A stretch of DNA of 64,000 nt, taken from Longimicrobiales bacterium. GTDB taxonomy: Bacteria > Gemmatimonadota > Gemmatimonadetes > Longimicrobiales > Gaopeijiaceae. Position 1 is the stretch's first letter. The number at the start of each line of letters is the position of its first letter. The notes under the pieces are model-generated. The model had not been told where the DNA came from. It did no database searches and worked only from the letters and a program-made list of their open reading frames with translations. This document shows, piece after piece, positions 47,341 to 57,094 of the stretch. Location: the NCBI GenBank assembly GCA_965219445.1, contig CBDCNQ010000003.1, forward strand, positions 64,001 through 128,000, in the 5' to 3' direction. Position numbers and translations under genes: made by a program.

Positions 47341-48933
47341 CTACTGTAGGCCGGTGCTCTCCAGGAAGCTACGTGCCTCTTGGAACCCGGCGAACGACTC
47401 GCGGCCTGCCCACACGTCGGTCAGCTTCTCGTAGGCCTCGGCAGCCATCTCATGGTTACCGGTCTTGGCGTATGCCCGAGCGAGACCGAGCAATGACCGC
47501 GGACGGTTCGGCATGCGAACGAGTGAAGTCTCGAATTTCTCGATCGCATCGGCGGGCCGGTCCAAGTCGAGCAGGATCTCACCGTAAAGCTCATGGACGG
47601 GTTTCACCGGTGAGGCGGCACCTCGCGGAGCTGGTCCCTCCTCGACAATCGCCTGCGCCTCGTCCATGAGGCGGGTTGCCACGCTTCCATGTCCCATATC
47701 GGCATGGAGCAACGCACCGACCTCCTTCGCCATGATGTTGGCGTTCCGGTCTCCATTCGGACCCCGCTCAGCCATCTCCTTGAGCGCGGCTTCGGCCTGC
47801 GCAACAGTCGCCTGGTCACCCGTACGCGCGGCGCTCATCCCCGTCGCAAGAAGCTCGTGCATCGACGATTCGCCCGTGATCGGGCGAACCTCCCACTCCT
47901 CCGTCTCGACGATGTAGCGAGCCTTCACCAGCGGGACCGTGTTGGACGCTCGGGCCTGGCCCGGTGCCCCTCTCGGGCCGCCCTCGAGGAAGCCTCCCTC
48001 GAAGGCCATGCTCTCGAGCCGATCGATCCACTTTCTCGCCTTGGCGTAATCCCCGAGCTGCAGGTCTCCGTACTGGCCCCAGTCCAGCGGGTGAACCGCA
48101 TCTCCCATGGGGTCGTCCGGCCTCCACAACTCTCTCGCGGCGGTGTAGGCGGACTCGTTGTTGCCCGAGACCCGGTCCCACATGCCGTGCTGAATGAAGA
48201 TGTGCGTCGGCATGTGCCTCGCGTGGGCAACCGCGGGAGCGATCTCGGAAAAGCGGTACGCGGCCTCCAGCGAGAGCGGAGCGAGCATGGGATTGTCGAA
48301 GGCGTGGATCGTATAATGAGCGGCACCCGGATGGTCCGGGTTGTGCTCGAACAGATTCAAGGAGATGGTGCCGGCCCTTACGTTGAGCCGCTGCGTCAGG
48401 TCGCGCGTCGCGGTGGAGGCGCTCAGCGTCGAGAGCGCGTAGAACGCCGCTACCTCGGTATCGTCGGGGTACCGCTCGTACAGCCGGCTCATCGCGTCCA
48501 TGTAGCCTACCGTGCGGTCTGCTCGGTCACCCTCTCCCCAGAGGATCTCCACGGCGCTCAGAAAGCCCTTCTCACGCGCGGTGGGCGCCTTGGCCAGTCG
48601 CTCGACTCGGGTGGGAGCCAACCGCTCGAGGGCTCTTCGCGGGTTCGCCGGGTCCATCTGCGAGTTCAGGGGGTGGTTGTACGCGAGGGACTCGCCCCAG
48701 TACGCCATCGCGAAGTCCGGGTGGCTCTCCTGAGCCGCATGGAACTCGTCGCGGGCCTGTATCCAACCGAAGCTGTGCAGAAAGGCTACCCCCCGGAGGA
48801 AGTGTTGCTGCGCTTCACCCGATACGGATGTAGGGAACTCGAATGAGCCCACGTTCTCGAACTGTGCTTGGGCGGGTCTCGCACCCGGCACGAGTAGACC
48901 TGCGATCAGCAGAAGGGCGGGTGCACGAGTCAT
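47341..48933 (-). CDS. Exported TPR-repeat protein
   Basis: AQQHFLRGVAFLHSF, FAMAYWG, HPGAAHYTIHAFD, HARHMPTHIF, C-terminal TPR. Confidence 0.87.
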   Translation of the reverse strand: MTRAPALLLIAGLLVPGARPAQAQFENVGSFEFPTSVSGEAQQHFLRGVAFLHSFGWIQARDEFHAAQESHPDFAMAYWGESLAYNHPLNSQMDPANPRRALERLAPTRVERLAKAPTAREKGFLSAVEILWGEGDRADRTVGYMDAMSRLYERYPDDTEVAAFYALSTLSASTATRDLTQRLNVRAGTISLNLFEHNPDHPGAAHYTIHAFDNPMLAPLSLEAAYRFSEIAPAVAHARHMPTHIFIQHGMWDRVSGNNESAYTAARELWRPDDPMGDAVHPLDWGQYGDLQLGDYAKARKWIDRLESMAFEGGFLEGGPRGAPGQARASNTVPLVKARYIVETEEWEVRPITGESSMHELLATGMSAARTGDQATVAQAEAALKEMAERGPNGDRNANIMAKEVGALLHADMGHGSVATRLMDEAQAIVEEGPAPRGAASPVKPVHELYGEILLDLDRPADAIEKFETSLVRMPNRPRSLLGLARAYAKTGNHEMAAEAYEKLTDVWAGRESFAGFQEARSFLESTGLQ

Positions 48934-48961
48934 CAGTCTCTCCTCAGAAAATGAGTTCTAG

Positions 48962-49966
48962 CTAGTTCTGGAGCTTTTGAAGCATCCGCTCGGAGGTGCG
49001 CTGGAACGAGGAATGCACGAAGGGGCTAGAGAGCTGTTCCTGGGCGGTTTCGAGCGCTCGGCTGAAGGACTCGATGGCGGCTACCGAGTCCCGCGGGGCA
49101 TCTCCGCCAAGGAAGTCTAGCCCGTAGTAAGCTTGCAGGCCGCCGAGCACGTCGAGCCCGGCGTCTGAAAAGAACTCGGGATCCAGATCGTACCCGGAGC
49201 CGAGGTTCGAGAACCACTCCCGAGCGTCGTCGTCGTCCTCCTCGACGCCCTCTCCGATTGCGTGGATCATCCCTAGTCGCAAGACAGCCCAGGAGCTGTC
49301 TCCACCATCCGCGGCCAGCCGATACAATTCGATGCTGTCGCCGTAGCGCGATCGATCGTCCGTGTCCGTGTATAGGTCGGCGAGTGCCTCCGCCGAAAGA
49401 TGGTGTCCCTGGGCCAGGCCCAACTCGAACCAGCGACGGGCCGCTTCGCGATCCAAGTCGATCCCCGCTAGCGGGAGGAAAATCCTCCCGGATAAGACCT
49501 GCCCCGCTCTCCATTGCGCTTCAGCTGCTCCGAGCTCCGCCGCCCGCATGACCAGCCGCATGGCTTCACTCGGGTCCGTGCTGAGCATCAGGGTGGATAG
49601 CGAGAGCATGGAGGGGATGTGATCCTGTTCCGCCGCACGCGCGTACCACTCCATGGCTATCTGGTAATCAACGGGGACATCATCAGCACCAACCACGTGC
49701 AGTCGACCATACTCGTACTGCGCGTCCGCGTCGCCCTGGTCCGCGGCAGCGGCCAACGCCTCGATACGTGCCGAGGAAGCCCCGGCTTGGGCAATCAGGG
49801 GGAGAGTCCACAGCCCGGAGGCGAGTAAGGATGCCGAGAGCGTGCAGCCCAGTATTAGGATTTTCAGAAGCCGGTCACTCCTGGGCCCGGAGTCGTTGCC
49901 TCTCCGCTCCGTCAGGGGTGCTTCCAGCGCGGCGGGCTTTCCAGGCGACCTGGTCACGCGTCCCAA
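48962..49966 (-). CDS. Sel1-repeat protein
   Basis: AADQGDADAQYEYG, WYARAAEQ, LGMIHAIGEGV; start uncertain. Confidence 0.82.
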   Translation of the reverse strand: MGRVTRSPGKPAALEAPLTERRGNDSGPRSDRLLKILILGCTLSASLLASGLWTLPLIAQAGASSARIEALAAAADQGDADAQYEYGRLHVVGADDVPVDYQIAMEWYARAAEQDHIPSMLSLSTLMLSTDPSEAMRLVMRAAELGAAEAQWRAGQVLSGRIFLPLAGIDLDREAARRWFELGLAQGHHLSAEALADLYTDTDDRSRYGDSIELYRLAADGGDSSWAVLRLGMIHAIGEGVEEDDDDAREWFSNLGSGYDLDPEFFSDAGLDVLGGLQAYYGLDFLGGDAPRDSVAAIESFSRALETAQEQLSSPFVHSSFQRTSERMLQKLQN

Positions 49967-51180
49967 ACGAAATTGCGAGTGAGATCGATGCTCCTTTGAT
50001 AGAGGCTCGCATCCACATTTCTGCCGTAGCAGATGATGGGCACCGTTGCTTCGTGCCTCGAGCCGTGTGAGCGGATATCCACTTCGTCGCGGATCACTCC
50101 CCCAAGGTCGCCAAAGACCACGTCTCGTTCGCCAAGGAGAAAGATGTCGCCGATGCGATCGGGGTGGAGGTGGAACTGGTTGGCCGCCTCGCGCTTATTG
50201 TAAATCTCTTCCACTCCTGAGACTCCCCTCAGAAGCGCGAACGCGTCTTCAAGGATGCCCTCGTGCTCTAGGTAGACGTAGCCGGCACCTCCGAGGTTTT
50301 GGTGGTGGACGACGTAGCGATCTCTGATGATCGGTACGACCTCAGCCTCGATGCCGTTCGAGGCCAGAAGGAGACCGATGTCGATGGCGGTCCGTTTAGG
50401 CGACATGCCATGATCCGCCGTCAGATAAACCTCTAGGTCTGAGTGGTCATTCAAGATCTGGCCTAGCAAATCATCCAGACTATTAAGGTGGGCCAGCGAA
50501 CGCTCGTCCGAGGGCGGGTAGGTGTGCATCATGTAGTCCGTTGTCACCAAGTAGACCAGTTGACACTCGCCCTCCTTTAGGAAATGGCGCGCGGCTCGAA
50601 AGGTCCAGAAATTGATGTCAGGAGAGTAGACATCTTGTTGGGGCCCGATCGGGTCCAGTAACTCCCGAGTCGGGCGCTCAGCAGCGACGGCCAGGTCGGC
50701 GCTTCGAGATAAGAACATCAACTTCTCCTTGGAAGTCACGAAGCCGGTCTTGATCCCCCGACTCTTGGCCTTGTCAAAGATCGTGGGGCGGAGCAAGAAC
50801 TCCTCGGACTCCATGAAAGTCCCAGCGCGCGAGGCTCGGTCATAGAAGTAGTTCCCAGTAATGCCATGGTCCTCCGGCAATGACTCCGTCAGGATGGACG
50901 TGTTATTCACGTTGGTCACCGAAGGGATGATACCCGCTCCTTCAACGTACAGGCCGGCTTCTATCATTCGCTTCAGATTCGGCATGTCACTCTGCTGCAG
51001 ATAGTCAGGGCCGAAGCCGTCGAGGCAGACGAACAGGACCTTGCGGTCCTCGGGCCAGGGGGCGGCCTGGTCTAGGTCCCATAGAGGAGAAAAGTCTCCC
51101 GCACCGGCCGTCAGAAGGCACCCGGCAGATCCCCTCAGAAACGCTCTCCGGTCGATTCGGTTCTGATTTTTCCGGCTCAT
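49954..51180 (-). CDS. phnA: Phosphonoacetate hydrolase-like alkaline phosphatase superfamily enzyme with Tat signal
   Basis: CLDG, PSVTNVNN, HGITGNYF, TTDYMMH, TADHGM, DRIGD, RSHG; DRRAFL Tat motif; AGGTG RBS. Confidence 0.75.
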   Translation of the reverse strand: MSRKNQNRIDRRAFLRGSAGCLLTAGAGDFSPLWDLDQAAPWPEDRKVLFVCLDGFGPDYLQQSDMPNLKRMIEAGLYVEGAGIIPSVTNVNNTSILTESLPEDHGITGNYFYDRASRAGTFMESEEFLLRPTIFDKAKSRGIKTGFVTSKEKLMFLSRSADLAVAAERPTRELLDPIGPQQDVYSPDINFWTFRAARHFLKEGECQLVYLVTTDYMMHTYPPSDERSLAHLNSLDDLLGQILNDHSDLEVYLTADHGMSPKRTAIDIGLLLASNGIEAEVVPIIRDRYVVHHQNLGGAGYVYLEHEGILEDAFALLRGVSGVEEIYNKREAANQFHLHPDRIGDIFLLGERDVVFGDLGGVIRDEVDIRSHGSRHEATVPIICYGRNVDASLYQRSIDLTRNFVWDA

Positions 51181-51205
51181 GGTGTTACACCTCGTGTTTG
51201 GGGTC

Positions 51206-52564
51206 CTAGGCAGGTGACAGCATCGCTGTGTTCAGGGTCACTGAATATAGTTCGCGGCCCGCCGCATTCTGAAACTGGGCGACGAGAGTCGCGGGCGTCA
51301 AAGTCGTATCCACGGTGATGAGGAGAAAAGCGTGCGGCTCACCCGAGTCGTGTACCAATGCCGGATGTGGCGCATTCGCGGTGTCGATCACGCCCCCATG
51401 CACGGGCGACGTGACGAGTTCCGTGAGTGGATATCCGGCGATCTCAGTCGTCTCATATCGTAGGACACGGGTCCGATGAATATCTCCCCCGGCCAGCACG
51501 ACCCCGGGGATTCTCTCTTCTCCAATAAAGCGAAAAAGTGCTTCTCGCTCGTGCGGATAGGTTCCCCAGTGATCAAGTTTACCGGGTCGCACTGCCCCAT
51601 TCCATATCATCCCGGACACCAACAATTTGAAGGGGGCCGTCGATGCGCTCAGTTCCTGGCGCAGCCAATCCCACTGTCGCCTACCGAGCAACGTGGGTTG
51701 GCCAGACGCAAATGGCGAGGGCTCGGTAGCTGCAAAATATCGAGCGTCGAGCAGGAACACTTCGATGCCGCCCCGCCGAAACTTGGTGTAGATTCCCTGG
51801 TTGTCCTCTCCGTACGACGGATTGGCGTGATACTCGATGAAGGCCCGGCGCGAATTATCCTTTCCGTCGAGTCGCCCGTTGGTGTCATTCGCTCCGAAAT
51901 CGTGGTCGTCCCATGTGGCATAGAGGGGCCTTGTTCGCAGCAGACTGGCGAAGTCGGGGACCGCCGCGAATTCGCTGTATCGGGTTCGCTGAACGTCCAG
52001 CACCGTCGAATCGATATAGGGTGTATCCCCCAAGAGCACGACGGCGTCGGGGTCCGAGGCGGACATTCGACGCCACACCGCGGACGACCCGGGATCCTCG
52101 CGTGCACACGATCCCAGCGCCAACCTGGTAAGCGTCGGCGCTTCCTGGCTCGAGGGGGTCACAAAGAAAGTGTCCTCGTCGCCCAAAATCGACTGTCCCT
52201 GAAAGGTGATCTCGTAACTGTATCTCCTTTCGGCCTGAAGCCCGCTCACTCGCCAGACGACGCACCGATCGTTTTCGGCTACTGCCTCTGCCGTCGCGCC
52301 GAACTCCTCGCCCTCATCGATTCCACGAGCAGTGAGGCGATAGGTCCCCGGCATTGAACACTTGGCCCACACCCTAGCGCTGGTCGGGGTCAGGTCGCCG
52401 ACGAACGGCCCGTGGGAAAGGCCAGATTGGGCGGAACGGGTCGTTTTGGTGGCCCCGTAGGCGGCCACCGACCCACCGGTCAGGGCGGCTGCGATGCGCC
52501 GGCCCATAGCGGAAACGCCCGCCACGGCTGAACCGAGGAGAAAACCTCTTCGTGTCGGAGTCAT
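51206..52564 (-). CDS. phoD: PhoD-family alkaline phosphatase (Tat)
   Basis: TRRGFL; LGSC, LGDTPYID, WDDHDFGAND, LDARYF, LLGRRQWDWL, GGDIH. Confidence 0.88.
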   Translation of the reverse strand: MTPTRRGFLLGSAVAGVSAMGRRIAAALTGGSVAAYGATKTTRSAQSGLSHGPFVGDLTPTSARVWAKCSMPGTYRLTARGIDEGEEFGATAEAVAENDRCVVWRVSGLQAERRYSYEITFQGQSILGDEDTFFVTPSSQEAPTLTRLALGSCAREDPGSSAVWRRMSASDPDAVVLLGDTPYIDSTVLDVQRTRYSEFAAVPDFASLLRTRPLYATWDDHDFGANDTNGRLDGKDNSRRAFIEYHANPSYGEDNQGIYTKFRRGGIEVFLLDARYFAATEPSPFASGQPTLLGRRQWDWLRQELSASTAPFKLLVSGMIWNGAVRPGKLDHWGTYPHEREALFRFIGEERIPGVVLAGGDIHRTRVLRYETTEIAGYPLTELVTSPVHGGVIDTANAPHPALVHDSGEPHAFLLITVDTTLTPATLVAQFQNAAGRELYSVTLNTAMLSPA

Positions 52565-52590
52565 GGAAAAACCCTCCTAGATTGATCTGG

Positions 52591-54033
52591 TTAACCTGCC
52601 GCTTGGCACTGGGCCTCCCAACGGGCCCGCATCGCGGGCCGGTCGATCTCATCACCTCTGAGGTAGACCCGGGAGATCCTCCGAGTATTCCGGATGTCGT
52701 CCAGCGGATTGGCATCGAGCACGACGAAGTCCGCGGACTTTCCTTCCGCCACGGAGCCGAGGTCATCACGCCCCAGCAACTGGGCGCCCGCACTGGTCGC
52801 TGCCACGATCGCTTCGTGGGGGGTCATCCCGACCCATTTCACGTAGGACTCCAGCTCCATGTGGCTTCCCCATCCCAGGATCCGGTTCCCCCCGGCATCG
52901 TGGCTTCCCAGCGCGAAACGCACCCCCGCCTCGAAAAAGGTCCTCGCATTTTCGCCGCGGATTCCGCCCGTGGGAGACGACCCCGTCCCGCGGCTCTCGA
53001 ACTGCCGGCCCCAGCTGTCGAGAAACGCGGGGCACTTGATCGCCTGGAGGAGTGGATCGTCGAGCCAATCCGGACGCTGTCCCGCGCCCCGCTGTCCCGC
53101 GCCGCCTCTGCCGGCCGGAGTGAGGACGGGGAGGTACCAGAGATCAGGCCGTTCCTCGAGTAACGTCAACAGCTCCTCGTCGGCGGGCACATCCGCGATC
53201 GGGTGGGTCCACATGTCCACCCCAGCACGTAGGAGGTCTTTCAACTCCGGCACGGTCTTGACGTGGGCCATGATGCGCAGGCCGTGCCTGTGAGCCTCGG
53301 CGACGGCGGCTTTGGAGATGTCCGGAGTCAGTACGAAGGGTCCCTTGCGTCCGGGGACCTGGAAGCCGTCCCGGTCCTCGACCCAGAGCTTCACGAAGGG
53401 GACGTCGTGCTCGGCCAGTTCCCGGACAGCCACCTCGGCCATCCACGGAGTGAAGATGGCATAGGGAGTATCATTTCTCGCGGCCACGATAGGTCCGGTC
53501 CCCGGCCAGGCCAAGCCCCGACCGACTGTCTCGAATCGAGCCCCGGTAAAAGACGGCTGTTCCGAATCCTCTCGCATATGCCACACCCACTCATCCGGCG
53601 GATCGGACCCGAGGCTTACCGTGATGGCATGTCCCGTGTACGCATACCGTTCCAGGTGGTCGATGAGGTTCGCGCGCGTGTAGTTCTCCTTCAACTGGGT
53701 GTTTTCCGGCACCCTCTCGTACCCGACGTGGCTGTGGATATCGACGAACGTCGGCATGACCGTCTTGCCGGTCAGGTCGATGCGGACCGCGCCGTCTGGA
53801 GCCTCGATCTCGCCCGCCCTGCCGACCATCGCGAACCTGGTCCCCTCGACGAGGAACGCGGAGTTCTCGACTGGCGTGCTGCCGTCGCCTACGACGAGTC
53901 GGGCGCCCTCGAACAACGTCACGCTCTCTCTGCCGGAGAGCTGGCTCTCACCGCTTTCCAGTGAGCAGGCCACCACCAGGCCTGCGAGGGCGGCTGTCAA
54001 AAGACTCCGGGGCGCGTTTGTCGGACGGCACAT
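52591..54033 (-). CDS. Amidohydrolase-family lipoprotein
   Basis: Lipobox VVAC; DLTGKTVMPTFVDIHSH, VKLWVEDR, GKSADFVVLDANPL; GGAGG RBS before ATG 54033. Confidence 0.88.
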   Translation of the reverse strand: MCRPTNAPRSLLTAALAGLVVACSLESGESQLSGRESVTLFEGARLVVGDGSTPVENSAFLVEGTRFAMVGRAGEIEAPDGAVRIDLTGKTVMPTFVDIHSHVGYERVPENTQLKENYTRANLIDHLERYAYTGHAITVSLGSDPPDEWVWHMREDSEQPSFTGARFETVGRGLAWPGTGPIVAARNDTPYAIFTPWMAEVAVRELAEHDVPFVKLWVEDRDGFQVPGRKGPFVLTPDISKAAVAEAHRHGLRIMAHVKTVPELKDLLRAGVDMWTHPIADVPADEELLTLLEERPDLWYLPVLTPAGRGGAGQRGAGQRPDWLDDPLLQAIKCPAFLDSWGRQFESRGTGSSPTGGIRGENARTFFEAGVRFALGSHDAGGNRILGWGSHMELESYVKWVGMTPHEAIVAATSAGAQLLGRDDLGSVAEGKSADFVVLDANPLDDIRNTRRISRVYLRGDEIDRPAMRARWEAQCQAAG

Positions 54034-54129
54034 GCGAACCTCCCAAGTCATCAATCTGATCATGCTCCAGCCGCCCATATCATAGATTCCGGCGATGTTA
54101 TCGTCTAGTGGTTCCACCGCCACAGTCCG

Positions 54130-55486
54130 TTACATAGAGCCGGCCATGAACGTGGCCCTCAGCGCCTCGCGATCGACTTCCTCTCCCCTCAGATACACCT
54201 GAGAGATCTCCCGTGTGTTGTTGATGTCGTCCAGAGGGTTGGCGTCCAGTACCACGAAATCGGCACTCTTTCCCGGTGCCACCATCCCGAGCTGATCGAG
54301 CCCGAGAATCTCGGCATTGGTCCGAGTCGCCGCGACAATCGCCTCCATAGGACTGAGCCCACAGCTCACCATGTCCCTCAACTCTGTGTGTGCGGTCCAG
54401 GCGACGCTCGTTCCCGAGTCCGTCCCCATCCCGATGATCATACCCGCTTCGTGATTCCTCCCCAGGTTGCGGCACTGAAGCTGAAAATTATCGTTCAGCC
54501 CGCCGGCTCCCGAAGCCGCCCTTCTCTCGATCTGGTCCCGCATCCTCTCGATCTCGTCCGGCAGCAGTGACTCGCTCAGCCACGGGAGGTCTTCCAGGAT
54601 CAAGGGGTTGCCCGGCAGATTCGGGATGGTCCAGACTTCGGGGTATTGCCTGACCAACGTCATGTATTCCTCATCGATGTCCCTATCACGCACCGTGTGG
54701 GCAAAGCCGTCGACGCCGGCCCGCAGGATGTCCTTGGCGTCCGCGAGGGCGCTCGTTGTTCCGACGTGCGCGACGACCCGCATTCCGTTCGCGTGCGCTT
54801 GGTCGACGATCGCCCGTAGCACGTTCGGCTCAACTTTCGGTACTCGGCCCCCTCTGTCGTCGACCCACACCTTCACGAGATCCACGTTGTTGGCATGCAG
54901 CTCCTGGACGGCGGCCCTGCCCTCAGCTTCGGTCATCGCGCCCCGAGGAATCCCGAGACGATACTCTGACGGGGGGCCCGCCATTGGGGTCCCAGCGATC
55001 CCGCGACCGGACGTCAGAAAGAGCGCCGCGTTCGGGATCACCTCTTCGCGTAACTCGAACGCGAGCTCCTCATCATACTCGAGGCCCAGGCTCATCGAGG
55101 CTGCCACGCCGTGGTACGCTGACCGTTCCAGATGATCGATGAGGTTCTCACGCGTGTAATTGTCTTTACTGTTCGTGCGTTCCCTTACGTTCGTGAGCCC
55201 GATGTGGTTGTGAGCATCGATCAATGCCGGGATCACTGTTTTGCCCGTCAGGTCCACCTGAACCGAACCTTCAGGGGGCTCGGCCTCACCCTGTCGGCCG
55301 ACCCAGGTGAACCGGTCGCCCTCGAGAAGGAATGCAGCATTCTCGATGGGTGCGTTGCCATCACCGACGATGAGCCGCGCACCTTCGAACCAGAGCGCAC
55401 CGGTGGTGTCCGACGGCCCGGCGTCCGGAGGAACAGGCCACGGAAAACACCAGCAAGCTGTACGAGAGAATCCTCGAATGTGACAC
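54130..55486 (-). CDS. Amidohydrolase-family lipoprotein (tandem paralog), probable +1 frameshift near 55425-55432
   Basis: LIDAHNH, GTDSG, GKSADFVVLDANPL; the signal peptide VSHSRILSYSLLVFSVAC is in a different frame from the body. Confidence 0.8.
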
Positions 55487-55736
55487 GATACCCTTCCCTT
55501 GGACGAACGGCGTGGGGCACGGCGAACATAGGACGTCGCGTCTCGTTTCCACAACTCGCCTCACGTCCTACGCCGATCCGTGTCTGGCATGGGCGTCAGG
55601 CGCGGCCTATACTTCTGATCCGCCGTACCACGGAAGACTCTCCCGCCGCGGGCCGGGCGCGCCCTTCGCCGGGTGGCCCTCCGGGTGACGAGGACATCCA
55701 TTCCGTCATGGGCACCAGAGCCCAGAGGAGCGAACC

Positions 55737-56180
55737 ATGGCAGCCAGGAAGAAGTTCTTATTCGCTTGCGTGGCGACCGTTTTTGGAGCGGGTTTCATGG
55801 TGGGAAGCACGGTGCGAGGCACACAAGCTGTTCAAGCACAGTCCGCCATGCGCGTCTTCGAGCTGAGAACCTATACGGCTCCCGAGGGCAAGCTGGTCAA
55901 CCTTCAAGCCCGGTTCCGCGATCACACGACGCGCCTGTTCGAACGACACGGGATAACGAACATCGGTTACTGGACCCCACAGGACGCACCGACATCGTCG
56001 AATACCCTGGTCTACATTATCTCGCACAGGAGCCGCGAAGCGGCCGAGGCGAGCTGGGCGAACTTCCGAAACGACCCTGAGTGGCAGCGGGTCAGCCGCG
56101 AGTCCCAGGTGGACGGGCGGATCGTAAGCAATGTGGAGTCAATATTCCTCGATCCGACGGACTATTCCCCCATGAAGTGA
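55737..56180 (+). CDS. NIPSNAP-family protein, exported
   Basis: VFELRTY..GKL..RFRDHT..HGITNIGYW..FRNDPEW..PTDYSPMK. Confidence 0.9.
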   Translation: MAARKKFLFACVATVFGAGFMVGSTVRGTQAVQAQSAMRVFELRTYTAPEGKLVNLQARFRDHTTRLFERHGITNIGYWTPQDAPTSSNTLVYIISHRSREAAEASWANFRNDPEWQRVSRESQVDGRIVSNVESIFLDPTDYSPMK

Positions 56181-56244
56181 TGCGGGCTGACACCCGCATA
56201 GAATCCCAGGACACGAACGGTAAATCCCCGGAAAGGAGCAGACG

Positions 56245-57060
56245 ATGACCCGCTTTGGCAAGATTCTATCGACCCTCACGTTCGCGGGAGTGGCATTGGC
56301 GTTGGGGTGCGGGACGGAGGGCGCTCGGGATGTCTCGGACGCCAACGCCGCGCAGGCCTCCGGGTCGATGTCGGCTCAGCAAACTGGCGGCGGTCCGTAC
56401 CCGGCCGCGCCCTATCTCTCGGAGCTGGAGGGGACCCTTCTCTTCGGGGACATCTGGGAGCGTCCCGGACTCTCCCGACGTGACCGCAGTCTGGTGACGG
56501 TAGCGGTAACACAGGCTCTCTACCGCACTGAGGAATTACGGGAGTATTTGGGCCGGGCGCTCGACAACGGCGTGACTCGAGAGGAGATCGCCGAGCTCAT
56601 GACTCACGTAACCATGTACTCCGGTTGGCCGACGGGATCCAATGCATCTCGTGTGGCGATCGATGTGTACGAAAGGCGTGGTCTGGACTTTCCCCCGCCG
56701 GCCGATCCGGTGACCCTAGACGTAGACCTGCGTGGGCGGCGCCCCGGGTATCCAGCTATCCCCTATCTCTCGGCCCTGACCAGGACCGTCCTGTTTGACG
56801 AGTCGGACGGCGTTTGGACTCGTCCAGGCTTGTCACCAAGGGACCGCAGCATGATCACGATCTCGGTAGGCCAGGCGCTGTACGCAACGGACCAACTGCG
56901 GGGACACCTGGGACGGGCACTGAACAACGGGCTGACACAGGAGGAAATCCAAGAGGTCATTACGCACGTCACCTTCTACGCGGGGTGGCCAACGGGATCC
57001 AACGCCGCTCGGGTCGCAGCGGAGGTGTTTGAGGAGCGCGGTCTGCCCCTTGGGCAATAA
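56245..57060 (+). CDS. Tandem carboxymuconolactone decarboxylase (CMD)-domain lipoprotein
   Basis: Two copies of W.RPGLS.RDRS..T...RAL.NG.T.EEI.E..THVT.Y.GWP; lipobox LALGC. Confidence 0.87.
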   Translation: MTRFGKILSTLTFAGVALALGCGTEGARDVSDANAAQASGSMSAQQTGGGPYPAAPYLSELEGTLLFGDIWERPGLSRRDRSLVTVAVTQALYRTEELREYLGRALDNGVTREEIAELMTHVTMYSGWPTGSNASRVAIDVYERRGLDFPPPADPVTLDVDLRGRRPGYPAIPYLSALTRTVLFDESDGVWTRPGLSPRDRSMITISVGQALYATDQLRGHLGRALNNGLTQEEIQEVITHVTFYAGWPTGSNAARVAAEVFEERGLPLGQ

Positions 57061-57094
57061 GAGCGCCCTTCTAGACCACCGTCAGGAGGCATGA

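Noticed and set aside
29805..49966. Ankyrin/TPR/Sel1/NHL enrichment as evidence of host symbiosis
   Set aside because: These exported repeat families also occur in free-living bacteria; lifestyle cannot be inferred from this window.
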